Shown here one piece after another: positions 11,929-38,424 of a stretch of DNA of 64,000 bases; position 1 is the stretch's first letter; the number at the start of each line of letters is the position of its first letter. The stretch covers positions 1,619,538 through 1,683,537 of the forward strand of contig CAVNZM010000016.1 of NCBI GenBank assembly GCA_963693365.1, in the 5' to 3' direction. This DNA comes from Amoebidium appalachense. Its lineage: Eukaryota; Protista; Ichthyosporea. Under the pieces are notes generated by a model. The model was not told where the DNA came from and made no database searches. It saw only the letters and a program-made list of their open reading frames with translations. Both the position numbers and the translations under genes were made by a program.

Positions 11929-13336
11929 GGGTGGGCGTGGGTGTGTGAGTGCACGTGCAGTGCACGTGTGTGCGTGGTGGTGATGGTGGTGGTGCTGGTG
12001 GTGACCACGCATGGTGGCTGGTGGTGTTTTAAGGGGGGGGGGGGGGAGGGGGAGGGGGGGAAGGGGGGGGGGGGGGGGGAGGGGGGGGGGGGGGGGTCAC
12101 TCCGAAGCAGCTGTACGGTTGTTGCAGCGAAACGCACAACTCACGTGCGTTATCATGTGTTGCTGAATTGCATTCAGTTATCCGATAGTATTCTTTTTAT
12201 ATGACGTTCTTGGACTGGTAAAGAACACGATATTTGTTCTACAGTGGCATACCACTGATTTCGAATAATGTCTTGCCTATATCGGGGTATGCCATTCGGC
12301 TGTTGTTTTCATGGAAAAATCAATGGATTAGTATCAATACAGGTCGGCATTTGAAGGTCAATAAAAACAGTACTACGTATATACTACGGTCCCTTACGTG
12401 AGGATTAACTGAGAACTGCACAGATATATCATTTACAATCATATTGAAAACAGCAGCTACAATAGGGAGAAAAAACAAGTCAGAAGCCGTGAATCAGGTA
12501 GCACACCATTAAATACATAACGATCAAGACATTTACCCATTGAAAAGAAAAATTGTAACGTCGATGAGCATCACTAAAATCACGAAAGAACCGGAAATTC
12601 TTCAAGACAACCAGCGGTTGCACTGCAGCATCTGATTGGTGGTTCACGACTGGCCGGCAGGAAAGATATGGGGCTGGCACGGCACACATGGGCACGTGGG
12701 CTCAGTGGGCCTCATCTGGGAGAAGGACATGCACACGGCCACTGCTGGCCACGGTGTCGTAGTCCTGCATAGGCGTTAAAGTTAGCCGTAGCATGGGGCT
12801 GGTGTGTGTGTGTGAGTGTGCAATGTTGTGGTTTGCCTAGTTGATGTGGTTGTGCATGTTCCATGATGTGTGCTTGTGCGTGGCACGCGCAGGCTCACGT
12901 GCGCACGTGCATGTGTGCGTGTGTGTGTTTGTGTGTGTGCAGACATGCCTGCGTGGGGATGCGTCTTTGGGTAAATATGAGTTTGTGTGTGCATGTGTCA
13001 CAGTGTGTGCATGTGTGCATGCGTGCGTGCGTCCGTGTGTGTGTGCGTGCGTTCGTGCGTGCGTGCGTATGTGTCGGGGGGGGGGGGGGGGGGGGGGGGT
13101 TAGCTGTGGGTAAATATGTGTTTGTGTGTGCATGTGTGTGTGCACGGGTACACGTGACTGGGAGAGTGAAGGCACAAGTCGCCGATTTCAAGGGTGTGAT
13201 TTTCAAAGAGGGAGAACGAGGCTATTTATATCTTGGATGGGTCTTTTGTGCTCGTTGTGATGATTGTCCTGTGGGCATGTGTATGCGTACATGATTGATT
13301 TTGAGTGTGCCCGTGTGCCCGTGTGCCCGTGTGCCG

Positions 13337-13390
<54 letters not shown>

Positions 13391-15679
13391 GTGTGTGTGT
13401 GTATGCGGTGTGTGTGTGCGTGTTTGTGCGTGTGTGTGTGTGTGTGTGTTGTCTTTTTTTTTTTCCCTTTTCTTGTTTTTCTTCTTTTCTTCTTTTTTTT
13501 CCCTAACCGTTTCTGTGGTTGGGTGGGGGGGGGGGGGGGGGGGGGGGGAAGGGTGGGTGGGTGGGTAGGTGGGGGGGGGGGGGGGGGGTAAGAGAACGAG
13601 GGAAGGAGGGGGGAAAGGAAAAGGGTGATGCAAACTTTAAGGGCCTGTAGGGGTGTGTGCTCTATGAAAATGCAGCATGATGCAGCCCCTATCCACGACG
13701 CCCTCCAAAACCAGCTTGCGCAGGGCAGGAAGGGCCAGCACTCCTGCAATGCAATAGTCGGGCGAGGTATTGAGGAATTTGATCTGCAGGGAGGTCAGAC
13801 GGGGGAAGATGCCACCGGACGTAGTGAAGGCTGACAGGTCATTGGAGGCATATTTGTCCGCCAACCGGCCCAAAAGCCGGACGGTTAAGTGGGGCTACTG
13901 ATTGGCCATGATCTGCACTGCCGCACGAGTTCCACTTAGCAGCCCCATACTGCGCAGTTCTGGTGACGGGCCCAGAATCCGGGGAGCAGCTGTGCTATGG
14001 GCCTTATTGCCGGCCATCGCCACATGGCTGAGCTTCTTCAGCACCTCTCCAACCCCCACCAGCTGCTCCAGGCCTGCCTCTGCAACCATGCTACCAATGC
14101 TCAGTTTCTCGAGCTTGGGGTTGCGCCAAATGAACTTGAGGTCCAGGTTGGGCACGTTCACGCGAACATCTGTGAGGCTGGTAGTGTGCTGTGCATGTGT
14201 GTGTTTGTGTGTGTGTGTGTGTGTGTTTGTGTGTGTGCATGTGTGTGTGTGAAGCCGTGTGTGTGCATGTGTGTGTGTGTGTGTGTGCGCGCGCGTGCGT
14301 GTGTGTGTGTCGTGGTGGTGGTGGTTGTGGTAGCGTAGCGGTGGTGCTGGTGGTGGTGGGGCGGGGGGGGGGGGGGAGGGAGGGGCAAAGGCACGATCTG
14401 TGGTATCAGAGAGAGAATAGTACAGACGTTGCTGATGCATGCAAAGACCTGCTACCAGTCAATATGATGAGGTTTTGGTGGATGCAGGTGTTTTGGCCAA
14501 GGGGGGGAAGGGGGGAGAAGGGGTGGGGAAGGGAGGGGGGGGAGGGGGGAGGGGGGGGGGGGGGGGGGGGGGGGAGATGGGGCAGAGATTCTTTGAGACA
14601 GAGTTCGTGTTCGTGATGGGTGTGTGAGACTGATATCGACCTGGTGTATTCAATGTGGAAGAATATTTGTCCGGAGATGCAGAAAGAAAAAGAGAAAGGG
14701 CAAGTAAACAAGGTGTGTGTGTGTGTGTGGGTGTGTGTGTGTGTAAGGAGGGAGAGATCAGTGATAGTATGGGGGGAGAAAGAAACCGAAGAGAAAGAAA
14801 AGGGGGGGGGGGGGGGGGGGGGGGGGGGGAGAGAGAGAAGGGGGTCTCGTTTCAAAAAAAGATTTATAGGGTTGCTTGGACGGCCACCCACCTCCAGGAA
14901 TGTTACACTCAATTGCTGCGGCATCTGATTCAGGATTTCGAGTCTTGAGCCGTGGACAGGCGAGGCCGGTAAGACAGGTGCACCTTTGCCAGATGCTTGA
15001 GGGGGGCCAGGGAGGGCCACACCCGGTGGCCCCAGTCGTTGTAGGTTACCAAAGTCAGCTCCTTCAGGCCCGTCAGTGCCGGCAGACTGTCGGCCACGGC
15101 CTGGGCCACGGTGACGTTTTTGAGGTGCAGGCAGGTGAGCTGTTGGGGCAGGGCAGGCAGGCGGGTGATGGTGACCCCAGGAAGAAACAGCTTGAGCTCA
15201 CGCAGGTTGGCGCTGAGCAGGGGCATAAGCTTTTGTAGGTCGATGGTGCCACTATGTATACGCCCCACGAAGATCTGTGTGTATGTGTGTGTGCACATGC
15301 GTGTGCAGCGTGGGCTTTTTGTGCATGCGCATGAGCGCTGCTGGTGTGTGTGTGCTTGAATGTGCATGCATATGCGCAGCGGCTCACGGTGGTGTAGGTA
15401 GTGCGGTACCAAAGGAGAAGGTGGGGGGGAGGATTATTAAAGAGGAATTCTAATGATCGTGCAAGACTTGGTGATGCATATGCTAGGCTTTTGTGGGCCA
15501 GAGAATCTTTGTAGAAGGAAATAGGAATGTAGATCATCAGAATAAGAAGCAGTTATAGGCAAGAAGCACATATGGGGGTGGAAAGGAGCAGTGGTTTGAC
15601 CGAATCAGCCACAGTCTGAGTGTTGTAATACGTAGCATTCGCCATATGTCCTATAAATGGCAGGTCTCGCCGAGCTGAG

Positions 15680-15713
<34 letters not shown>

Positions 15714-17464
15714 TTCGGTCCCCCTGCTCCACAATATTAGCAACCAACTCCCCCTCAAAGCCCCTTGATTTAGAACGTGACAAGGAATTTCAAAAGTGAA
15801 ACCGTTTCTATTGCACATCAAAAACTGATGGGCCGCGCGCCCTCCTCGCTAGGCATGATCAGACCCAATCACGTAATGCCCATCCCTCCCCCACCCTACA
15901 TGCACACTGCTAATTCAGAAGCAAAGGGCCAACAAACAAAGCATACAACCAACCACCAATACGATAGCTCTCACCCACTGACCGTGCACCCCAGGCCAAC
16001 AGTCGTTCACATACCTGCCGCGTCCGATGCCCCCCTCCCCCCCCTCCCCCCTCCCCCCCCACCCCCCTCCTCCTCCCCCCGCTACCCCCTCCCCCCCCCC
16101 CCCCTCCCCCCACCACCACCACCATTCTCCGAGTCATCCACGTACCTGCAGGGATTCCAGCTGCTCGAGGTGTTGCATCTCCTTACAAAATCCCTCAATC
16201 TCAGGCATCTTGTGCCAAACTTGACTGGCCTTGTAGCAGACCTTTGTGACTCTCTGCTGCCATACGGTTTTGTCCGGATAAGACTGCCCGACGGTGACAG
16301 CCTGATGGTCTGAGCAGAGCAGGAACGATTACATGTTGCAATCCAGCAAGGCCACGGTTTTGGCATTTGGCATCAGGCTCAGCAAACGCTCCACGAAGAA
16401 CCGCTGAGCCTCAACGATCTCATCGTCCATGTCTTCGGTGCCCTGGACGGTCATGTGTTGCACGGTGCTGATGTCCACCAACCCCAACCCTAGTTTTTCG
16501 CCTCCTCCTGGTACTTGGGTGCGGTCATCCCCTCCGTGAACACCACTGTAAGGGCTTCCGTCCGCACCTTTTTGGCTGATGCGACCGGATGATCTGTTCG
16601 TAGGCGTATCGGTAGTCGGCAGGACCTGGCCAGATAATACTTGGCATGATCTCTGGGTCATTGGTGTGCATGTGTACGAAAGTTAGGCGAACTTCCACGC
16701 TTTTGCGTGCATGAATGATCGGGAAGGCCAACGCCATGCGGTTGGCCCCCTTGCAATCTCCACCCGCAGTCTATTTGAGCTTTCAGGCCGTAACAGTTCA
16801 CGTGCATACGCAGTAGCTGAATCTGCAGGTCGGTTTGGAGCAGCTCCTTGTTGTGGGCAAAGAATTTGCAGGTTTGTGCCAGCGCCGCACAATCCCTCCA
16901 CGTGTGTGAGGGGGAGCCCCCCGGACGGAAAGGGGGGCCCAGGAAGGTGGAGGTGAATGTCTTGATCTTTTTTGACAAGTATGGTTCTGATTTAATGAAA
17001 GATAGTTTTAAAGAAGTGTCCTTAGGACGATGTAGCAGTCACGAATAAAGAGCTAAATATGATGCATGTACTTTACTAAGGTTTGATACGACCCTCCCCC
17101 CCCCCCCCCCCCCCCCCCCCCCTCCCCCCCCCCCGGGCCCCAGCCTCCGGATCCCCCTCTCCCCTGACCCCTTTCCCCCCATATCTTCAGTCTTCCTTTA
17201 GCCGAATCCAATCATCGAAGTAACGAAACTTTCGGAACTAAAATCAATCTTAGCGCATCATGGCACCCTCAAAGCACAACACCACCTCAAACCCCCCCCC
17301 CCCCCCCCCCCCCCTCCCCCCACCCACCCACCGACCACCACCACCATCTCCGCCCCTCCCCCACCATTGCCACAGCCAAATACAGGTACCGTGGACACAA
17401 CCCTTTGTACAACAAAACGAAACCACCGTAGTGCCGCTCCCCTCAAATACCCATCATCAACTTC

Positions 17465-17507
<43 letters not shown>

Positions 17508-18330
17508 ACACACACACGTTCATTCTTGCTAACTCTTACTATTAAAACTACTATACCTACTAATGGTACATAATTTATGAAAATCTTAAAAAGTGGAACG
17601 TGAAACGACAGGGAGGGGGACTTTGGGCATCTGTACCTTTAAAATTCAATAGAGGACGCTCATCCTCTCTATTCTGGATCATCTAAACTACTCGGATCTT
17701 ATTTAGGTAAACTTCCTGCCTATGTCGCCTTTTTAAGAGTGTATACAAGTCAATCAAATTAAAGTTTTGTGGCCACTTTGACTCTTCGTTTTGACCTAGC
17801 AATGACGAAATCCAGTGATAAGAAACCATCAAACTGAAGTCAAGCTTTTTAGAACCGAAAGAAGCTTTTGAGAGCGATGTAAATATTTAAGTGCACCCTT
17901 TTCACATATTCGGAGAGCACAGAATACGAAATACGTGCCGTTCATTAGATTTAGAGAAAGTATAAGTTTTTGGTTATAAGACAGTTGAAAAGTTAGCTTG
18001 AAAACTGTGAATGAGAGGGATTTTTTCTCGCCTGTTTTCAAAAACCAGACACTTGGAAGGCCGAAATGTCTGATAAATTTACACAGCATAATTCAACTTG
18101 AAGACCAATTCATATACGTTGAGCTGCCAAGGATAAACCTTTCAAAAACCAATTTATTTATATGTTTTTCTGCCGATTTAAACCTTTTGGATAGCTACCT
18201 AAAGGGGAACGAAAAAAGAAACCAGAAATCTTTGAAACGCAAGTGAATGCTGTCGGACTCGAGAGGGGCCCTTTTCGGTATTTCGTTCTCGAGTTACACG
18301 AGTATCACCGACTAGCCAATCAAAACCTTT
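11650..18330. repeat. Inverted segmental duplication, arm 1 (partner ~37420-42070)
   Basis: Collinear inverted matches: 17768-17810 vs 37860-37900; 17877-17940 vs 37740-37800; 18008-18042 vs 37660-37696; 17030-17060 vs 38797-38860; 12100-12160 vs 41395-41480; plus the LRR exons. Confidence 0.75.
12702..16905 (-). pseudogene. F-box/LRR pseudogene (copy B)
   Basis: Exons ~16905-16146, 15274-14892, 14188-~13640 and 12798-12702. Carries an F-box tail (WRDCAALAQTCKFF) and LRR motifs (LRELKL, LTCLHL, LKELTL, LRKLVL). Disrupted by frameshifts (~16740, ~16570, ~14950), in-frame stops (16329 TAA, 13895 TAG) and a deleted 5' part. Confidence 0.75.
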
Positions 18331-18560
18331 GAGAACGATACAAACCCAAATTAGGCAAAAAGAGTAACCAAATAGGGGGGTTTACGCTGTTTACTCGAGG
18401 CAAAGAGAAACCAGTCTCAGGTATGGGGGAGGGTTTTGCTCGGAATATCCCCTCAGCGGTATATCATGAACACGTACATAGATGTCGGGTGATGACTATA
18501 TATCAGGGTTTACTTTCTCTACGAGACACCATAAAGACTACAAGGAGAAATCAATTAGTT

Positions 18561-18570
18561 GGGGCTCCCC

Positions 18571-18611
<41 letters not shown>

Positions 18612-18642
18612 GGGCTCCCCTGGGACACTCGGTATCAGCTGG

Positions 18643-18685
<43 letters not shown>

Positions 18686-20640
18686 TGCGCTATAATTTTG
18701 TAGTGATGTGTTTCTCAAGCCAATCAATACATCTAATAAACAGGTCGTAGTTACGCGTGTTTAGTATAAAATCAAGGATGTTGTAATGTACAGGTAGGCT
18801 ATCTTTCTGGGTGTCTGTTGTGAATGTGACGTGTGGGTGTTGCGGTATTATGTGGTCTATCAAACTACATTTGGCGATACATGACCGGTTAAACTGGTGT
18901 GTGTGTGTGTTGTTTGGGCATGCAAATGATGCCACCTTATACTTATTAGATCTCCACTGTATAGCACGTGTACAGTAAAAGCGTGGTAATTGATCAATAA
19001 TACCATCAGCTAGAGAAAGACCAGTTCTACAGGAAGGTAATATGTATTTAGGTGTTATACATTTGCGAGTGCCATATTTGGCAATATGGTTGAGGCGGTC
19101 AGTATATATAAAACGAGACATAAGGCTTAGTTTTTCAAGGTGTATGCTTTCATCGGGTCTAGTGTCGTGTGGTATCTTTTTCCATTTGTTATATTGCGTG
19201 ATTATCTTGTGATTGTGTACATGTTTAATAAGTAAGTGGCAGTCCAAAGTCACACACACACTATTGCGGGGTTTATTTGTATTTGTGCCCAGGGGAGAAG
19301 GGGAGAGAGAGGGGAGGAAAGAGGGGAGGAAAGAGGGGAGAGGTGAGGAGGGGACAGGTCGGATAGAGAAGAGAGGGTGGGAGGGCAAATACTTCTTTAA
19401 GCGGCTTATGTGCTTATTGAATTTCAGCGCGAGATAGGATACTCTAGCAGCTATTGGGACCAGACCATATATCGAGAGCGTTACAGGCCCAGGTTTACAA
19501 CAGTTGTTAGATAGAAAGGAGGCAACTTCTGCTTCAAGGAAATTTGCCAAGGGTTTAAGCGCTCTAGTTCTCTCTTTCTTGATCCAAGCGGCGAGAAGGG
19601 GTAAACCATATTCACATGCCGGGAAGACAAAAGTGCGAATAAATGTAAGTCTAATAGAAGGATGGAGGGGTGTGTCTTTAAAAATATTAGCCGAGAAGAA
19701 AGCTAACCGCTTACGAGCCAACTCTACCCTCTTTTCGACCATATGGGGAAACATAACACCAACAGAATCAACCGGAACACCAAGATATTTGTATTCTGGA
19801 ACTATAGGTACAGGTTTAGATGATAATGTAAATGTTTGTAAATTGTTAGCTATATCAGGTACAAGAACGCCACATTTGTCTATGTTAAGGATCATAAGGT
19901 TTGCCTTGCTCCACTCTGACACTACATCGAACAATCTTTGCAGGCGTCTAGGGGTACGGGCAAGGAGGGACAGATCATCAGCATAGAGAAGTGCAGGCGG
20001 AAAGTTATTAATAGGGTCATCGTTTTCGGCGTAAATCTTGACAGCCAAATCATCTATAAATAGGTTAAACAAAAAGGGGCTAAGCAATGAACCCTGCAAG
20101 AGACCTCTAGTACGAGCAAAACCATATGAAAGATGCCCATTAACCACAGCTCTACCATAGGTTTGAGACAAGAGTGCTTCTAACAGAACACCAATGCAGT
20201 GTGGTACACCCCGTGCAGCAAGCTTTTCCCATAGGAGACCAGGGGAGACAGAATCGTAAGCAGTTTTCCAATCAATAAAGCCAACATATCGTGCACCAAC
20301 TTGCATAGAATCGTGCAGTGCCATTATTTGAACATAACATGAATTGTTCTTACGAAAAGCGGATTGGCATGGGTGTATGTGAAGAATAGATTGAAACCTA
20401 GGGTGATGTGCAAATAACCTAAGTAAGCAAGCTTCAAAGAATCTACGAACAACCTGGGTTAGTGTAATGGGGCGAAAGGATGATATGGGGCCCTCAGAGT
20501 CCTTCTTAACTATGGGGATCACTAAGGTATCTAACCAAGATGACGGGACATGTCCACATTTAACACACCAAGAAAAGAGAGAGCTTAACATGATAGTAAG
20601 ATCAGGTATGTAACCAAATATAGTACGAGCCAATCACAAA
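18561..20640 (-). mobile_element. 5'-truncated non-LTR retrotransposon
   Basis: Intronless RT ORF followed on the minus strand by (CA)n, ~40 nt and a poly(A) run (T-run 18572-18607). No endonuclease or ORF1 upstream. Confidence 0.8.
18690..20633 (-). CDS. Non-LTR (LINE-type) reverse transcriptase, 647 aa, N-terminally truncated
   Basis: Canonical motifs: VIPIVKK, FRPITL, QSAFR, FIDWKTAYDSV, GLLQGSLLSPFLFNLFIDDL, LLYADDL, LNIDKC, YKYLGV. C-terminal Cys/His-containing region. Confidence 0.93.
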   Translation of the reverse strand: MARTIFGYIPDLTIMLSSLFSWCVKCGHVPSSWLDTLVIPIVKKDSEGPISSFRPITLTQVVRRFFEACLLRLFAHHPRFQSILHIHPCQSAFRKNNSCYVQIMALHDSMQVGARYVGFIDWKTAYDSVSPGLLWEKLAARGVPHCIGVLLEALLSQTYGRAVVNGHLSYGFARTRGLLQGSLLSPFLFNLFIDDLAVKIYAENDDPINNFPPALLYADDLSLLARTPRRLQRLFDVVSEWSKANLMILNIDKCGVLVPDIANNLQTFTLSSKPVPIVPEYKYLGVPVDSVGVMFPHMVEKRVELARKRLAFFSANIFKDTPLHPSIRLTFIRTFVFPACEYGLPLLAAWIKKERTRALKPLANFLEAEVASFLSNNCCKPGPVTLSIYGLVPIAARVSYLALKFNKHISRLKKYLPSHPLFSIRPVPSSPLPSFLPSFLPSLSPSPLGTNTNKPRNSVCVTLDCHLLIKHVHNHKIITQYNKWKKIPHDTRPDESIHLEKLSLMSRFIYTDRLNHIAKYGTRKCITPKYILPSCRTGLSLADGIIDQLPRFYCTRAIQWRSNKYKVASFACPNNTHTHQFNRSCIAKCSLIDHIIPQHPHVTFTTDTQKDSLPVHYNILDFILNTRNYDLFIRCIDWLEKHITTKL

Positions 20641-21740
20641 GCGCCACGCTGCTACATGCACAAGTAGCACAACGTCACATGGCACGCATAGATCAGGCTT
20701 TCCAAGGATCCGGAACTTCAAGTTCACAGTTACTTTGATCGCCTTTTGCAAATCTTTTGGTGCGTGTAATTAAAAAATGAGAAAAGGCTGCACCTCTAAT
20801 AGAATATATACCCTTTTATATTTCCTTAGGATTATATATTTCTATACATACCATGGCACAGTCTGAGGGCCCGACGAGGCTCGAGCTCCGCCGTCTCCGA
20901 GCACCGTATGATAGACCGCCTTGATTTCCCGCCAAAAATGATCATTATGATTGGCTCATCTAGCACCACCATGAAAATGGAACAGCATTTTCTAACTAGC
21001 CCGGGTTGGAACTCTGGTCACCTACGTTTGGCCGGCCATGGCCTAACTTATTCCGAACTCAGCTCGAGCTCAAGATAGCGTATTCACCTTTAGCTACGAA
21101 CTACACTGTAAAGCCATAAATAATACCCATATATTGCCAAATAAATAGAACAGGGTCGTACTTAAAGGTGTGAAACAAGAATGCAGTCCTCATCAAACCT
21201 ACACGTTGTGAGTGAATCCTTGCCACTACAGTCGGATGCAACGAGCACAAGTAAGAATCTGTGTGGCATGTGCCCTATACGTGACTTCGAAAGCTTTTGT
21301 AGCCATTACGCTACCATATGCACTTGGCCCAGCCGGCGCCTCCTCTCCGCCTCCCCTCCCTTCTCGCCCTCTCCCTGCTTCGCCCCCCTGGCGTCTAATC
21401 TAGATATTTCTGCTAGCTTCCTCTCCAGACGAAGCAGTTTTAACGTTTTGACTTTTCTTTGTCTGGCAGAGCGAAACATTTCCCCCCCCTCACTTTTGGC
21501 TTTTACGTCTCAAAAACAAGATGTCTTTTACTTGACAAAGTCCGGCACGCTGTGGAAATGCACGACCAACCTTTTGTTCTGTGAAGTTGGCACATTACGG
21601 AAGTTCAGCTGCACGCTTTTGCCCTTGGTTCGCTTGAGAAGGAGACTGTCTCTTCACACACACACGCACGCACGCGTGCGCGCGCACACACACAAACACA
21701 CACACAAACACACACACACACACACACGCACACACGCACG

Positions 21741-21787
<47 letters not shown>

Positions 21788-22442
21788 ACTCACACACACA
21801 CACACACACACACAAAATTACACCACCTCCTCTCTTTCTCTCCCCACTCCTCCTCGCTCCCTCTCTTTGCCCCCTCCTTGCCCTCTCCCTCTCCCTCTCC
21901 CTCTCCCTCGCTCCCCCCCCCCCCCCCCCCCCCTCCCCCCACCCTCTCCCCCCTTACTATCTATCTATATCCCTTTCTCTCCCCCCCCCCCCCCCCCCCC
22001 CTCTCCCACCCTCTCACCCACACCTTTTCTCACACATTTCTCTCCCTCCGTCTCTCAATTTCCTTTCTCGTCACCTCCCTCCGCTCTCTACCCTTTCTCT
22101 TCTCTTCACCCCCCTCGATACTTAACTCTTCAACCCCTTTCCTTTACGGCCTTGCCCCCCCCCCCCCCCCCCCCCGCCCCCCAGTTTTCTCTCCTTCCAT
22201 CCCTCTCTCCGTTCCCTCCCCCTAATTCCCACCCCCCGCCGTCACCCCCCTCTCTTTGCTCTCTTTCTCCCTTCCCCCTCCCTCTCCTCTCTCTCCAGCC
22301 CCCTCCCTCACTAGTTGTTTCTCTTTTTCTCCCTCTCCCCCTCCCCTTTCCCCATACCTCCCTCCCTCTCCTTCTCCTTCTCCCTCCTGCCCTCGTTCTC
22401 TCTCTTCTCCCCCTCCCCTCCCTTCCCCCCTCCTCTACCCCT

Positions 22443-22538
<96 letters not shown>

Positions 22539-22982
22539 CCCCCCCCCCCCCCCCCCCCCCCCTTTTCCCTCTCCCTCCCACTCCCCCTCTCAATTTCGTC
22601 CCCCCTTTCTCCCCCGCCCTCTCTTTCTACCCTTCGTCCCCCCCCCCCCCCCCCCCCCCCCTTCACCCCCTTCCCCTTTTCCCCTCCCCCCCCCCCCCCC
22701 CCCCCCCCCCCCTTCACACACACACACACGCGCGCGCGCCCTTCTACCGCCACCATTGTTTCATTGCTCGTCCCTTTCACATTGTTCCATCCTTTTTCCT
22801 CCCTTCCCATATCATCCCCGCCTTTTTTCCCTTCCTTTGCCGTGGGATCACTATCTTCCCGCCTTTACTAGTTATTCGTTCCTTTTGCGCGTACGTTTGT
22901 ACACTCTACAATACTCTTCTGATACCCTTTTTTGGCCTCCTTTCGTTCCAACAGGACTTATCCATACATAATATCATCCCTC

Positions 22983-23017
<35 letters not shown>

Positions 23018-23799
23018 GCCCCCCTCCCCAACTGCCCCCCTCCCCCTCATCCCCTTCTCTTTTCTTTCTTTTTTCCTTGCTGACCGGAATTTCCTCCTTG
23101 ATCGATTAAGTTCTGTAGTTTCACCCACCGTTACTTATTTCTTCATCTTCTGTCCCAAAAATCTCGTTTTTTACTTAGCACGGCTGGAGAGACGAAGGTA
23201 TCACATGGGTAGGAGCATACGCAAGCACTTTTTGAATGTGCTGTCGCTGACACTTACTAGGTGGTTTTTTCACGTGTGTGAGAGCATGTGTTTCTCGAGA
23301 TTACTTTCGTTGTTGCGCTTGTGGTTTTGTCGGGGGGTTTTTTTTTTACTCCTCCAACAAGCTGGATTTTGGTGAAACAATTCCGCACTAAAAGTGTGGC
23401 CGGCACATTTTTTACTTGGCAACTTGACTGAATATTCCATGGAGATCTGTGGATAACCAGAGTTAGGTCTCCGGTCGTTCTTTCTCACCCCCCCCTCTCC
23501 CCTTCCCTCTTCTTGTGTGTATCTGTGTGTGCATGCGGTTTGTTTTTGTGCATGCTTGTTTGTGTATGTGCGTGTGGGTGTGCCTAGGTTGGTGTGTGTG
23601 TGTGTTGGGGGGGTGGGTGGGGGGGTGGGGAAGGGTTTGACGATGGTTTTGGTGTATGTGGGGGGGGAGGGGGGGGGGGAGGATGAAGAGAAAGCCAGGG
23701 GAGGTGGATGAATTTATGAGAAAGCCATTAAAATTTATGGCCATCAAAAAAATTCTCGGGTGGGTGTTTTCCTATCTAACAGGTATTTTTCCTCTGCAG

Positions 23800-36734
<12,935 letters not shown>

Positions 36735-37206
36735 GGGGAAATGAAAGTGACAAACGCCATATTGAGGAACGAATGAATGGGGGCTGAAGAAGGGGGGAGG
36801 GGGGAGGGGGGGGGGAGGGGGTCACATGTGCTCCAAGCTAGTTCTTCTTCAGCTGGCAAACAAAGTCACTAGGGCTGAGTGTTAGGCGTTACAACGCTCG
36901 AAAATACTCATTCGCAACACCAAAAATCAACGATGGACATGGTAGAGATATCTGGGAACTGAGTCCTCACCAAGCCCTCAAATCACCCTGAAGCTAGCTA
37001 GGCGTTAGTATGCAGAACACGATGGTCCATTTTCTTGTTGGTGCTCGATACGCCAATCATTTTGAGTATTATGGCGGGAAATCTGCCCCGCCTGAGGCTC
37101 CCCGCCAGCAGCTCCCCGGCCGGCCGAACGGAGCCAATTATAGGCCGAACGGAGTTATTTTTGAACCAGGGATGTGTACTGTAGACATCTGATAAATAGA
37201 CATTTT

Positions 37207-37253
<47 letters not shown>

Positions 37254-37419
37254 GTGCTGTTAATTAAGACATTTTTCCTTTTTTTGCAATAATGTACTGT
37301 ACGTGTGACATAAGGAGCGTGCAATGTTTTTTTCATGTTGACGGCGTACGGCCACACCTGGGCCACATATTAGCTTGAATGGGAATGCGTCATTTTTAGC
37401 TTAATTTGGAAACACAGCG

Positions 37420-38015
37420 CTTTTTGATTGGCCGTCTTCGGATATCGTGACATCAAAGAGCGTGTCAGTGCACATGGAGTGTCAGACTCAAAACACGTGA
37501 TAATGAACAAAAGACGAGAAAAAAATCCTCCTCACTCACAACTTTGGATTGCGTACGCGTTATCAGCAGAGATTTCTTTGTTCCACAAAGAAAGGTGTAA
37601 TTTTTTCGGGCATTTTCCGAAGGTCTGTGCTATCAGTTTTCTAAGCTTCTAGTTTTAAAATTTGAAAAAAGGCGAAGAAAACATCCCTCTCATTCAAAGT
37701 TTGCAACTGCCTTCAACTACGTTCCCCAAATTTAAAGGAAGGCAAATTTCGTTTTCTGTGCTCTCGAATATGTAAAATGGTGCATTTAAGCTTACATCTA
37801 TTTAGACAGACATCGGTCTTCAGGTTTCTTTTTTTTTTAAAACTTCTGTTAGATTCTTTTTTGTCTTGCCAAGCCAAAACAAAGAGTCAAAATGGCCACA
37901 GAAAGCTCCAACAACCAAGCTGCAGCTGCCCTTGGTGAGTAAGCAGTGTGGCCCTTTTTCTTTCGAATTTGACGTGGCTTGTGGGGGAGGGTGGGGGTGG
38001 GGGGAGGAATATGCC

Positions 38016-38066
<51 letters not shown>

Positions 38067-38383
38067 GGGGGAAGTGAAGGGTGGGGGTGGGGGGGGGGCT
38101 CTGTGCCGGGGCGGGGCGCTTTCAGTGCTGCCTATGCATTTCACTGAATACACAGCGTAGTATAATAGTAATAATCCACTTGGGAATTATTTAAGTAGCT
38201 TAACACAAAAGGACCTGGTTTTGAAAACGATCTGTGCATCCCCCTTGCTCGCACGGTATTCCACTGTATGGATGTTCGTGCAGCTCTTAGTGAATGTCTG
38301 CCCTCTGCAGTGTATCCATATATGCATTTATCAGCAAAGTATTGATAACCGGAGAGTTAGGGGTCCGGAAGAATGAGGGGAGG

Positions 38384-38424
<41 letters not shown>

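Noticed and set aside
12702-16340. Stop-codon reassignment or readthrough in the LRR genes
   Set aside because: The in-frame stops co-occur with frameshifts and deletions. The confidently spliced CDC48, PIG-X and F-box exons contain no internal stops and end in TAG. The TGA shared by copies A and B is most simply the true stop followed by a homologous 3' UTR.
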